DNA of 64,000 nt, from NCBI GenBank assembly GCA_015065165.1, contig SVQU01000008.1, forward strand, positions 3,324 through 67,323, given 5' to 3'. A program made the translations under genes and the position numbers. Each line of letters starts with the position of its first letter. Positions within the stretch are counted from its first letter, which is position 1. The notes beneath the pieces were generated by a model that saw nothing but the letters and a program-made list of their open reading frames with translations, was not told the DNA's origin and ran no database searches. This stretch comes from Oscillospiraceae bacterium (GTDB taxonomy: Bacteria; Bacillota; Clostridia; Oscillospirales; CAG-382). Of the stretch, positions 20,994-30,581 are shown piece after piece.

Positions 20994-22010
20994 TTATTCC
21001 TCGATATTTACGGAAGAATTCTTGTTAGCCATACTTGCGGTAATTTTTTCGATAGTACCGCCCTTGCAATATTTAAGCACCTGCTTTATTGCCGAACGGA
21101 ATGAATAAGCATCACTGCTTCCGTGAGCCTTAACCACAGGCTTCGCCAGACCCAAAAAGGGCGCTCCGCCGTATTCCGAAGGGTCAACCTGTTCTTTCAA
21201 GGCTTTGGTTTGCTTTAAGGTAAGCGCACCGCCCAGCATAGCCAAGGGACCTGCGTGGAAAATACCCTTGATGCAGTGGCCCATAAACTTTGCCATACCC
21301 TCGATAATTTTAAGAGCGATATTGCCTGTGAATCCGTCGCACACCAAAACGTCGCAAGCATCAAAGGGCAGTGATTTGCCCTCGCAGTTGCCCACGAAGT
21401 TTATTGTTTCGTCAGCGGACAAAAGCTTATAGGTTTCTTGATAAAGGGCAATGCCCTTGTGAGGCTCTGTGCCGTTATTTAACAACCCTACACGGGGGTT
21501 TTCTATGCCAAGCACAACCTGTGCATAGATAGAACCCATCCTTGCATAAAGCTGAAGAATTTCGGGGGTTGCATCTAAATTTGCACCGCAGTCAAGCAAA
21601 ATAAAGGGTTTTTCAACGGGAATTATCGAACCCAACGCCGCACGACGCACGCCTTTTATTCTGCGGATTATAAGCGAGCTTGCGGTGAACAGCGCGCCCG
21701 TATTGCCTGCGCTGACAACGGCATCCGCCCTGCCCTCTTTACAAAGGGTTACGGCAGTTACCAAGGAAGAATCCTTTTTCTCTTTCATAACCACCGAGGG
21801 GTCGTCTGTCATTTCAACAACGCTGTTTGCTAATTCCAACGTTACGTTTTTGGGCAACTGAGGTAATTGAGAAGCCGCATCCTCTGTACAAACCAAAATA
21901 AGCTCTAAACCCTCGCCCGCAAATTCCTTGGCGGCGTTAACCGCACCTTGAGCAAGCTCGGAAGGAGGATTGTCGCCCCCCATTATATCAACCGCAACGG
22001 TTATTTTCAT
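20994..22010 (-). CDS. plsX: Phosphate acyltransferase PlsX
   Basis: 338 aa with MKITVAVDIMGGDNPP and AVVSAGNTGA. Confidence 0.95.
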   Translation of the reverse strand: MKITVAVDIMGGDNPPSELAQGAVNAAKEFAGEGLELILVCTEDAASQLPQLPKNVTLELANSVVEMTDDPSVVMKEKKDSSLVTAVTLCKEGRADAVVSAGNTGALFTASSLIIRRIKGVRRAALGSIIPVEKPFILLDCGANLDATPEILQLYARMGSIYAQVVLGIENPRVGLLNNGTEPHKGIALYQETYKLLSADETINFVGNCEGKSLPFDACDVLVCDGFTGNIALKIIEGMAKFMGHCIKGIFHAGPLAMLGGALTLKQTKALKEQVDPSEYGGAPFLGLAKPVVKAHGSSDAYSFRSAIKQVLKYCKGGTIEKITASMANKNSSVNIEE

Positions 22011-22027
22011 AGTTATCTCCTTGAGAT

Positions 22028-24271
22028 TTATTTACCCTCGATCCAACCGCAATTGTTTTTGCAGTAATAGAATTCGCGGTTTTTCTTTTTAAGCACCGGC
22101 TCGCCGCAATCGGGACAACGGCGTTCGGTGGGAATATCCCAAGAGGAAAAGCTGCAGTTGGGATAATCCTCGCAAGCGTAATAGGTCTTGCGGCTCTTGG
22201 TTTGCTTTATCATAACCCTTTTTCCGCAATCGGGACAAGCAATACCGCTGTCGCGACGGTAAGGGATGGCAGTTTTACATTCGGGATAGTTACGGCAGGC
22301 GAAGAAGTAACCGTGAGGGCCCTTGCGAAGCAGCATATCGTTACCGCAATTGGGACATTTTTCGTCGGCAAGCACCTCGGCGGTTTTCTTATCTGCCGTT
22401 TCCTCGGTTTTTTCCTCGGGCTGTTCATCAAGACGCTTGGTGTTCTTACAACGGGGATAATTGGGACAAGCTGCGAATTTGCCGTATCTGCCGGATTTTT
22501 CCACCATTATTGCACCGCATTTTTCGCAAACCATACCGGTTTCAACCTTGGGGATTTCAACCCTTTCGCTGCCGAGAGTTATTTCGGCATCTTCGAGCTG
22601 AGATTGGAAGGGACCGTAAAAATCCTTAAGAACGGTGATATAATCCGCGGTGCCTTCTTCGATTCTATCCAAATCCTCTTCCATTTCGGCGGTGAAATTA
22701 TAATCGACTATATGAGAAAAGGCTTTTTTCATTGTATCGGTGGTAACCACGCCCAATTCGGTAGGCATTAAGAATTTACCCTCGCGGCGGATATATCCGC
22801 GGGAAATTATGGTGGTTATGGTAGCGGTAAAGGTAGAAGGTCTGCCGATACCCTTATCCTCCAACACCTTAACAAGAGAACCTTCGGTAAATCTTGCAGG
22901 GGGCTGGGTGAACTTCTGCTCGGGCGCGATATCCTTAACGGTAACTCTTTCGCCCTCGGAAAGCTCGGGAAGCATTGCGCCGCTTTCTTCATCGGCATTA
23001 TCGTCGGCAATATCGCCGTAAACTGCAGCAAATCCGCGGAATTTAACGGTATGTCCGTTAGCGCGGAAAACACATCCGCCGGATTCGATATCTGCACTTA
23101 CAGTATCTAAAAGCTCGGCAGACATCTGAGAAGCAATAAATCTTTCCCAAATGAGCTTGTAGAGCTTATATTGGTCGTTGCTTATTTTACCCTTGAGCAT
23201 ATCGGGGGTGATGGCAGGGTCGGTAGGACGGATTGCCTCGTGGGCATCCTGAGCATTCTTTTTAAGCTTGTAGTTGTTGGGAGTTTTGGGGTAATATTCC
23301 TCGCCGTAGTTAGAAATGATAACCGCCTTTGCCGCCTCGCGCGCTTCGTCGGAAATACGCAAAGAGTCGGTACGCATATAGGTTATAAGACCGTGGGCGC
23401 TTTTATCTCCGATATTAACACCCTCGTACAATTCCTGAGCGATAAGCATTGTCTTTTGGGATTGGAAGGAAAGCTTACGGTTTGCGTCCTGCTGAAGAGT
23501 AGAAGTGATAAAGGGAGGCGCGGGACGGCGCTGTTTTAAAGCGCGCTTAACCGCAGATACTCGGAAATTGTCCTTATCGATTGCCGAAAGAACGGCATCA
23601 ACCTCCTCGCGGCAGGAAATGTCGGTTTTCTTGCCGTCTCTGCCAAAGAACTTCGCCTTAAATTCCTCGCCCTTTTCGTTGGCAAACAGGGCGGGAATAA
23701 CCCAATATTCCTCGGGCTTGAATTCGCTTATTTCCTGTTCTCTTTCAACTACGATTCTCGTTGCTACAGATTGAACTCTGCCCGCCGAAAGACCGTTTTT
23801 AATATGCTTCCAAAGAAAAGGAGAAATTTTATAACCCACAAGTCTATCCAAAATACGCCTTGTCTGTTGGCTGTTTACAAGGTTCATATCGATATCTCTG
23901 GGGTGCTTTATAGCCTCTTTAACCGTGTTCTTTGTGATTTCGTTAAAGGTGATACGCTTGGTTTTGGAAGGGTCCAAATTTAAAACCTTTGCCAAATGCC
24001 AGCTTATCGCCTCGCCCTCGCGGTCAGGGTCGGCTGCGAGGAAAACGCGGTCGGCAGATTTTGCCTCCTTGCGTAATTCGTTTATAAGCTCGCCTTTACC
24101 GCGGATGTTGATATATTGGGGTTCGAAATCGTTTTCTATATCAATTCCCAACTTGCTTTTAGGCAAATCACGTACGTGGCCCTTGGAGGATTTAACCTTA
24201 TATCCCTTACCGAGAAAGCCTTTAATCGTATTCGCCTTATGGGGTGATTCCACAATTACCAATGTGTTCAT
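22028..24271 (-). CDS. topA: DNA topoisomerase I
   Basis: 747 aa with Toprim (LVIVESPHKA), the active-site region GLITYMRTDS, and four C-terminal Cys4 zinc ribbons. Confidence 0.97.
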   Translation of the reverse strand: MNTLVIVESPHKANTIKGFLGKGYKVKSSKGHVRDLPKSKLGIDIENDFEPQYINIRGKGELINELRKEAKSADRVFLAADPDREGEAISWHLAKVLNLDPSKTKRITFNEITKNTVKEAIKHPRDIDMNLVNSQQTRRILDRLVGYKISPFLWKHIKNGLSAGRVQSVATRIVVEREQEISEFKPEEYWVIPALFANEKGEEFKAKFFGRDGKKTDISCREEVDAVLSAIDKDNFRVSAVKRALKQRRPAPPFITSTLQQDANRKLSFQSQKTMLIAQELYEGVNIGDKSAHGLITYMRTDSLRISDEAREAAKAVIISNYGEEYYPKTPNNYKLKKNAQDAHEAIRPTDPAITPDMLKGKISNDQYKLYKLIWERFIASQMSAELLDTVSADIESGGCVFRANGHTVKFRGFAAVYGDIADDNADEESGAMLPELSEGERVTVKDIAPEQKFTQPPARFTEGSLVKVLEDKGIGRPSTFTATITTIISRGYIRREGKFLMPTELGVVTTDTMKKAFSHIVDYNFTAEMEEDLDRIEEGTADYITVLKDFYGPFQSQLEDAEITLGSERVEIPKVETGMVCEKCGAIMVEKSGRYGKFAACPNYPRCKNTKRLDEQPEEKTEETADKKTAEVLADEKCPNCGNDMLLRKGPHGYFFACRNYPECKTAIPYRRDSGIACPDCGKRVMIKQTKSRKTYYACEDYPNCSFSSWDIPTERRCPDCGEPVLKKKNREFYYCKNNCGWIEGK

Positions 24272-24287
24272 TAAAACTGAATGCTCC

Positions 24288-25559
24288 TTAGAATTTTCTT
24301 GCTGTATATCTTCCGCCCACCGAAACCGTAACAGAACCGTCTATTTCCATAAAGGTCAGTTCTGTCATAACCTCCGAAACGGCAAGCCCCGTTTTGGTAA
24401 CGATTTCATCGGCTGTCATAGGTTTATCGTCATTTAAAACCGAAAGTATGGTTTCGGCAACGTCCCCCGATAAACGGATTTCGTCAACCGCGTTTTTAAG
24501 ATTTTTGATTTTCACCTTGGGTTCTTCCAAAATTTCAACTCTTGGTGAGGCTTCGGCGATTGTCGGTTTTTCTATACCTTCGTTTTTCGTGCTTTTGCTG
24601 TTTTTAATTTCTTTATCAATTTTCGTCTTTGCGTTTCCGTACGCCCTGAGCTTTGCCGTTGCAGACGGAACGTAAACACGGGACATTTCTGGATATCGGG
24701 TTAACAACGGTGCCAAAACGTCTTGCGGGTCGGTGGCAACGGGCGTGCCCGTTTTTATCAATTGGTTTGTACCCGCATTCTCGGCGCCGATACTTCCGGG
24801 AACGGCAAAAATAAGCTTTCCTTGCTCTACCCCGTGGCGCACCGTAATTAACGCACCGCTGTTTTCTCCTGCCTCGGAAACCAAAATAACGTCGCTCAAT
24901 CCGCTTATTATACGGTTTCGGTTTGGGAAATCCGCCCTTGTACGGGGACAGCCGGGGTACATCTCGCTTAAAACCAAGCCGCGCTCATATAAGGTTTCAA
25001 AGGCTTTAAGGTTTTCTTTGGGATAAATATCACCGATAGGGTTGCCCAGCACGGCGACGGTATATCCGCCCGCCTTAATTGCGCCGCGGTGGGCGGCGGT
25101 ATCTATACCTTTGGCAAGGCCGCTTACTATACATACTCCGCTTTGGGCGAGATTATAAGCAAAATGCTCGGTAATCGATTTGCCGTAATCGGTCATATTC
25201 CGCGAGCCCACAATTCCCACACAAGGGGTATCGTTAAGATTGCGAAGCTCACCGATGTAATAAAGCACTGCGGGAGGCGTTTTTATACTTCGCAGGGATT
25301 TGGGATAAAGCTCGCCGTAATAGCCAACCATACCAACACCCATTTGCTCACAGCGCTTTAAAATTTCAAAGGCTTGTGCCGTATCTTTATTTTCAAGGCG
25401 TTTTATATATTTTTCCTTCTCCTTGCCGAGAAAGGAAAAATCATCACAGTTGTATATATCAGTTATATTGCCGAATTTGGAAAATATTTCACCTGCCAAG
25501 CGGTTGCAAACCCCTAAAGCAAGTTGAAACCAAAGATAAAGTATGTTTTCTTTCATCAT
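24288..25559 (-). CDS. dprA: DNA-processing protein DprA (Smf)
   Basis: Motifs GIVGSRNMTDYG and SGLAKGIDTAAHRGA. The ATG at 25559 overlaps the upstream stop (ATGATGA). The track's longer start is unlikely. Confidence 0.9.
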   Translation of the reverse strand: MMKENILYLWFQLALGVCNRLAGEIFSKFGNITDIYNCDDFSFLGKEKEKYIKRLENKDTAQAFEILKRCEQMGVGMVGYYGELYPKSLRSIKTPPAVLYYIGELRNLNDTPCVGIVGSRNMTDYGKSITEHFAYNLAQSGVCIVSGLAKGIDTAAHRGAIKAGGYTVAVLGNPIGDIYPKENLKAFETLYERGLVLSEMYPGCPRTRADFPNRNRIISGLSDVILVSEAGENSGALITVRHGVEQGKLIFAVPGSIGAENAGTNQLIKTGTPVATDPQDVLAPLLTRYPEMSRVYVPSATAKLRAYGNAKTKIDKEIKNSKSTKNEGIEKPTIAEASPRVEILEEPKVKIKNLKNAVDEIRLSGDVAETILSVLNDDKPMTADEIVTKTGLAVSEVMTELTFMEIDGSVTVSVGGRYTARKF

Positions 25560-26344
25560 CTGCCCCGCGCAACTTCCCACATAATTATCGCCGAGGCGTT
25601 GGCGGCATTAAGGCTTTCGGTTTTACCTGTCATAGGTATTATCGCCGTGAAATCGCATTTTGATATCACTTCCTGCGTTAATCCCCTGCCCTCGTTGCCT
25701 ATAACAAAGCAATCGTCGGGGCGGATTTCAAATTTACCCAAGGTTTCGGCTTTGTCCGTAAGGGCGGTGGCTATAACCCTTTTACCTGCCTTACGCAACA
25801 AATCCACAGCCGTTTCGGTACTTTCGGCGATATAAACATCGCTTGTAAAAACGGCACCCATTGTCGCCCTGACGGTTTTGGGAGAATAGATATCTGCACA
25901 GTTACCGCAAAGAATAACGTTACATCCCAAGGCGGCGGCAGTACGTATAACCGTACCTACGTTGCCCGTATCCTGCAAATCCGAAAGAAGAATACTGTTG
26001 CCCGAAATTAATTTTGCCTGCTTTTCATCAAAGCTACAAACGTTATCTAAATATTCCGAAACCGAAAAAAGACCTTGGGGCGCTTTTTCCTCGGTAATCT
26101 TCTCGTAAACCGAAGAAGTAACCTCGAAAACCTCGCCGCCCGCGGAATTTATAAGGCTTGAATATTTTTGGGCGACGTCCTCGCGGACGAAAAGCTGTTT
26201 AAGCTTTTTCCCCGAACGGACGAATTCTTCCAAAAGATGAACCCCCTCGAAGCAGAAAAGCCCGAGTGTTTCCCTTTCTTTGCGGTTACGCAAAGCAACC
26301 ACCGATTTAATTATGGGATTGTTACGTGATTCTATACGCTTCAT
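25556..26344 (-). CDS. TrmH/SpoU-family RNA 2'-O-methyltransferase
   Basis: SpoU motifs NVGTVIRTAAALG, VIGNEGRGL and ESLNAANASAI. Start moved to the internal ATG at 26344 (MKRIESRNNPIIK). The 33-aa hydrophobic track extension looks spurious. Confidence 0.85.
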   Translation of the reverse strand: MKRIESRNNPIIKSVVALRNRKERETLGLFCFEGVHLLEEFVRSGKKLKQLFVREDVAQKYSSLINSAGGEVFEVTSSVYEKITEEKAPQGLFSVSEYLDNVCSFDEKQAKLISGNSILLSDLQDTGNVGTVIRTAAALGCNVILCGNCADIYSPKTVRATMGAVFTSDVYIAESTETAVDLLRKAGKRVIATALTDKAETLGKFEIRPDDCFVIGNEGRGLTQEVISKCDFTAIIPMTGKTESLNAANASAIIMWEVARGR

Positions 26345-26488
26345 CGTTAAACCAAAATCTATCTTCAAAGTAAATACAGTAAAAACAAAAAAGTCCGTAC
26401 TATATAATAATATAATAATAGTACGGATTTTTTCTGTTGTCAATATTATTCTTGAATATTTAATTAAAGTTTTACACTAATTTTCGGG

Positions 26489-27343
26489 TTAATCAAAGCA
26501 ACGTTTACCCACAAGGATTCTGTCTATACCGCCGTAATCCTTGATAACCGCCACCTGAAAACCGCTGTCCTGCATAATTTTCGAAACGTCATCGCATTGA
26601 TTTATGCCTATTTCGTAAATTAAAATGCCGTCTTTTTTTAGAATATGAGGCACCAACGCGGTAACCGTGCGGTAATAACGAAGTCCGTCCTCGCCGCCGT
26701 CCAAAGCGGTGTCGGGCTCGAAGCCAACCTGAGGCGAGAGGGTTTGTATATCGTCGGTGGGGATGTAAGGAGGATTGCATATTACCAAATCCAAGGGACG
26801 CTCGATTATACGGGAAAGCTCGATATAATCGTCCTCATCCAAAGCATCAAAGCGTTTTACCGAAACGTTTTTTTGCCCCGAAAGATTCATTTCGGTATAG
26901 GGCAGAGCTTTAAGAGAAAGCTCTAAAGCATAACCGCTGACAGTAGGCATTTCGGCAGAAATTGCTTTGGAAATACAACCGCTTCCGCTGCAGATATCTG
27001 CGAAAATATCGCCATCCTTAAGCAATCCCAAAGCCGCCTTTACGCCGATTTCGGTATCGCTTCTGGGGATAAACACCCCGTTGCCGACCTTAATTTCATA
27101 TCCGTAAAAATTGCATTTACCCAACACGTATTGCAAGGGCTTGCCCAAGGAAAGCTCGAAAACCGCACCGCTAACAAAAGCGTCGATTTCTTTGGGAGTT
27201 TCGTCATCCAAATGGGCAAGAAGATGTCCTCTTTCCACCCCGAGTGCCTCGCAAAGCAGCATATCCGCGATAACGTCGCCCTCCTCGGGAGAGATGGACA
27301 AAAGCATTTCTTTAAGTTTATTTCTGTAATCCTTAAGCTTCAA
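26489..27343 (-). CDS. prmC: Release-factor glutamine N5-methyltransferase PrmC (HemK)
   Basis: SAM-binding DICSGSGCI and catalytic NPPY (VICNPPYIP). Start placed at TTG 27343 (alternative ATG 27307), because the track's start at 27484 overlaps the upstream gene by about 150 nt. Confidence 0.85.
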   Translation of the reverse strand: MKLKDYRNKLKEMLLSISPEEGDVIADMLLCEALGVERGHLLAHLDDETPKEIDAFVSGAVFELSLGKPLQYVLGKCNFYGYEIKVGNGVFIPRSDTEIGVKAALGLLKDGDIFADICSGSGCISKAISAEMPTVSGYALELSLKALPYTEMNLSGQKNVSVKRFDALDEDDYIELSRIIERPLDLVICNPPYIPTDDIQTLSPQVGFEPDTALDGGEDGLRYYRTVTALVPHILKKDGILIYEIGINQCDDVSKIMQDSGFQVAVIKDYGGIDRILVGKRCFD

Positions 27344-28433
27344 AACTGTCCTCCGCAGGGGTAGTGGTTTCGGCAGATTCCTCGGAATTTTCGGTGTTTG
27401 CGGTTTCCTCCGCGCCGTCGTTTTCTGCCTTTTCGTCAGCCTCAAGCGCCGCAAGGCATTCCTCGTAAAAGCCTTCGAATTCATCGGGAAGAGCGCATTT
27501 AAGCGCGGTTATGCCAACCTCGATAATTTCGTCATCGGGTTCGCGGGTGGTAAGATTTTGCATCCACAAGCCGGGCTTGGAAAGGATTTGCACTGCCTTG
27601 CTGTCGTGCTTACCTGCATAACGGATAAATTCGTAACCCACACCAACGGTAAGAGGAAGCAAAGCAAGCTTTAAAACGGTACGAAGCCAAACAGCTTCAA
27701 CCGCCCAAAGGAACGCGATACCAACGAAAATAGAAAGCAAAATCATAGCAAACATAAAGGAAGTTCCGCAACGGGGATGGAAACGGGATTGCGCCTTAAC
27801 GTTTTCAACGGTAAGCTCCAAGCCCTTTTCATAACAGAAAATACTTTTATGCTCCGCGCCGTGGTACATATAAACGCGCTTCATATCGGGGATAAAAGCG
27901 GTTAACCAAATGTAGGCGATGAAAATTACAACCTTTAATACACCCTCCAGCGCACTTCTTAACACACCTGCGCCGAATCCAACGGCATATCTGCCGAAAA
28001 ACAAATTTGTAACAGCAGTGGGAAGCCATATAAACAACACCAATGCCAAAAGCACGCCCAAAACCATAGAAATTGCAGAAATAATGCCCACAAGCCATTT
28101 TCCGCAATGTTCCTCTAACCATTTATCGAATTTCGAGGAGGTTTCCGCCTCGTAATCGATGCCCAGCATTTCAGTGCCCTGAGTTAAAGTTGCAAAGGAT
28201 TGAATCAGAGATTCCACAAAATTAACCACACCGCGGATTAAGGGCCACTTTAAAAACTTGAATTTATCCGAAACGGATGTATTTACCTTTCTCGAAACGG
28301 CAATCTTATGATTGTCCATACGTCTGACAGCAATAGCGGAATGCTTTTTGCTTCGCATCATAACGCCTTCGATGATCGCTTGACCGCCCACACTGCCCAA
28401 ACGGCAGCTTTGGGTTTGTTCTTTATTGCTCAT
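27333..28433 (-). CDS. DUF1385-family membrane protein (YqhQ-like)
   Basis: 366 aa with GGQAIIEGVMMRS and YHGAEHK plus TM helices. This family is commonly found next to prmC in Firmicutes. Confidence 0.8.
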   Translation of the reverse strand: MSNKEQTQSCRLGSVGGQAIIEGVMMRSKKHSAIAVRRMDNHKIAVSRKVNTSVSDKFKFLKWPLIRGVVNFVESLIQSFATLTQGTEMLGIDYEAETSSKFDKWLEEHCGKWLVGIISAISMVLGVLLALVLFIWLPTAVTNLFFGRYAVGFGAGVLRSALEGVLKVVIFIAYIWLTAFIPDMKRVYMYHGAEHKSIFCYEKGLELTVENVKAQSRFHPRCGTSFMFAMILLSIFVGIAFLWAVEAVWLRTVLKLALLPLTVGVGYEFIRYAGKHDSKAVQILSKPGLWMQNLTTREPDDEIIEVGITALKCALPDEFEGFYEECLAALEADEKAENDGAEETANTENSEESAETTTPAEDSFEA

Positions 28434-28549
28434 ATTTGCGCTCCTTTAAAAAATGTTGATTTTCTTCTAAAGATGTATTATACTATATTCGATTTAAAAA
28501 TAAAACCCTATTTTAAAATTTTTTACATTTGTTTTGGAAATTATCGGTT

Positions 28550-28879
28550 ATGGAAAGCAAAACCTTTACAAAAAACGACAGCGGATTTATCTGCGGGAAC
28601 TGCAAAAGAGAGGTTCCGCCTTTGGGATACAGCTCTCGAAATCATTGTCCCTTTTGTCTTTATTCCCGTCATCTTGATATAAACCCCGGGGACAGAGCCT
28701 CGGATTGCGGCGGTCTTATGCGCCCCGCGGCGGTTACTTCACACCCCAAAAAGGGGTTCGTAATCACACACAAATGTACTGTTTGCGGCGCGGAAAGAAA
28801 CAACAAGATGCAATCCGACGACGACACCTCGCTTTTGATAAAGCTCACCAACCCCTATTTTGCGGAGGAATATAAATGA
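28550..28879 (+). CDS. RNHCP-domain zinc-ribbon protein
   Basis: Contains the literal SSRNHCPFCL motif plus CGNC and CTVCG cysteine pairs. Start taken at ATG 28550 (MESKTF). Confidence 0.7.
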   Translation: MESKTFTKNDSGFICGNCKREVPPLGYSSRNHCPFCLYSRHLDINPGDRASDCGGLMRPAAVTSHPKKGFVITHKCTVCGAERNNKMQSDDDTSLLIKLTNPYFAEEYK

Positions 28880-29928
28880 CCTTTTTGAAAACGAAATTTA
28901 TCAAAGACAAGGCACATTATATAAACGCTCTTAAGACAATTTCGGTGGTTCTTCTGGCATTTATCGCCGCGGTTTTCTTTAGGCGGTCGGCGGGTGTTTT
29001 GGCAACCTTCCCCATCGCTTTTGCTCTTTGCGCCGTAAGCGCGTTTATAAACGTAAACCCAAAAATTAAACTTGCGGTTTTCGGCGTTACTGTTTTCGCT
29101 TTGAACACTGTTGAGAACACAGACACAAGGGTTTCATTAACCTTTACCGCATTATGTCTACTTGGCTGTTTGCTCTTTCAATTATCCGCAAGGGTTATAA
29201 GCAAGCGCAGGGCGGTCGGCGTTTGCGTTATGGCGGTATGCTTTGCTTTATGCATCGCTTTGAGCTTTGTTTTTGTGGGAAATCCTCTTTCGGCAATCAA
29301 GGCGAACCGTGTTTTAAACGGTTATATCGAAAGCAATTATCCAACCGCCGAAAACAGCGAATCCACCGAATATATTTTCACAAAAACCTATTATAATTAC
29401 AACACAAAAGCCTTTGAAAAGCAAGGCTACGGAAGCGACAGCCCCACCGAAATCGGCACTGTTTCGGCAAACGGCGAAACAGTAAACGACAGCCTGAAAT
29501 CTATCGTTCAAAAGAACCTTGCACAGCCGTATGTTCTTGAAATTACAGAGGTTTTGCGCAAACGTTTTCCCGACGACACGTTCTCGGTAAGCTTTGATGA
29601 AATATATAGGGAAAACGGAAAACAGGTTATCTCAGCAGAAAGAAACGGTCTTTACGGCAGAATTGTTTTCGAGATAAATCTGGGCGGTGTTCAGACCGCA
29701 AACAAAATGGCAGAAAAGGTTAAGCAATATACCGAGGTTCTGGATAACGCTAATATAAACTACGGCAAAATTATTTATAAAAGCGGTATCAGCCCTTGGG
29801 TGAAACGTTCTGCAACCGTTGACAAAAACCGCCCTATGGGACAATGCGTTTTCACCGTTTATCACGTCCCGATTTCCACCTCGAACCGGTTTAACCGTTT
29901 TGCAAAATGGGATTTTCAATTTAAATAA
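28876..29928 (+). CDS. Hypothetical membrane protein (about 4 TM helices plus a C-terminal soluble domain)
   Basis: 350 aa. The start overlaps the RNHCP stop (ATGA). It has hydrophobic N-terminal helices, and a terminator follows it. Confidence 0.55.
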   Translation: MTFLKTKFIKDKAHYINALKTISVVLLAFIAAVFFRRSAGVLATFPIAFALCAVSAFINVNPKIKLAVFGVTVFALNTVENTDTRVSLTFTALCLLGCLLFQLSARVISKRRAVGVCVMAVCFALCIALSFVFVGNPLSAIKANRVLNGYIESNYPTAENSESTEYIFTKTYYNYNTKAFEKQGYGSDSPTEIGTVSANGETVNDSLKSIVQKNLAQPYVLEITEVLRKRFPDDTFSVSFDEIYRENGKQVISAERNGLYGRIVFEINLGGVQTANKMAEKVKQYTEVLDNANINYGKIIYKSGISPWVKRSATVDKNRPMGQCVFTVYHVPISTSNRFNRFAKWDFQFK

Positions 29929-29936
29929 TTATGTAA

Positions 29937-29985
29937 ACCTCACCCCGCTAAGCATATGTGGCTTCGGCGGGGTTTGTTTTTTATT
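29937..29985 (+). terminator. Intrinsic terminator after the membrane-protein gene
   Basis: CCCCGCTAAGC...GCTTCGGCGGGG stem followed by TTTGTTTTTTATTTT. Confidence 0.7.
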
Positions 29986-30089
29986 TTATCCCAACTTTTA
30001 CACTTTTGAATAAACCGCTTCTCTTTGGCAAAAATAACATTGTAGACCGAAAAGACATATTATGGAATTAAAAAGAGGAGTGTAAACAA

Positions 30090-30485
30090 ATGAAATCGCA
30101 AAACGGCGAAGAAAGCATCCGCCGAGGGGACATATATTATGCCGATCTCAGCCCTGTTGTAGGCTCGGAGCAAGGCGGAATAAGGCCTGTATTAATTGTG
30201 CAGAACGATATGGGAAACAGATATAGCCCAACGGTTATTGCCGCCGCCATAACCAGTAAAACCGGCAAAACGAAATTGCCCACTCACATCGAGGTTTCTC
30301 CCACCGAAAGTATGGTGGGGATTAACGATTGCGGGCTTGCCAAAAACTCGGTAATTCTTCTTGAGCAGATTAGAACCCTTGATAAGCGCAGGTTAAAGGA
30401 GCGTATGGGCAAGCTCGACGACAAAACTATGCAACAGGTAGACAGCGCTATCGGCATAAGCTTTGGAATATACCCCCGAACCTAA
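30090..30485 (+). CDS. mazF: Type II toxin, mRNA interferase MazF/EndoA (PemK family)
   Basis: 131 aa with [46 protein letters not shown]...LPTHIEV...[17 protein letters not shown]. This closely follows the EndoA/NdoA pattern as I recall it. Confidence 0.9.
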   Translation: MKSQNGEESIRRGDIYYADLSPVVGSEQGGIRPVLIVQNDMGNRYSPTVIAAAITSKTGKTKLPTHIEVSPTESMVGINDCGLAKNSVILLEQIRTLDKRRLKERMGKLDDKTMQQVDSAIGISFGIYPRT

Positions 30486-30506
30486 ACCCGTTTATAACGA
30501 TATACA

Positions 30507-30545
30507 AAAAACTGCGTTTCTAACGAAGCGCAGTTTTGTTTTTAT
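30507..30545. terminator. Bidirectional intrinsic terminator (mazF on the plus strand, 30582..32708 on the minus strand)
   Basis: ACTGCG-loop-CGCAGT stem flanked by an A-run and a T-run. Confidence 0.7.
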
Positions 30546-30581
30546 ATCATTTTTAAGGCACATAAACCTGTTTTTGGTCTA

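Noticed and set aside
27344-27484. Basic, Pro/Arg/Lys-rich N-terminal extension of PrmC in the track ORF
   Set aside because: It would overlap the 3' end of the DUF1385 gene by about 150 nt and does not resemble PrmC N-termini. TTG 27343 or ATG 27307 give a normal-length protein.
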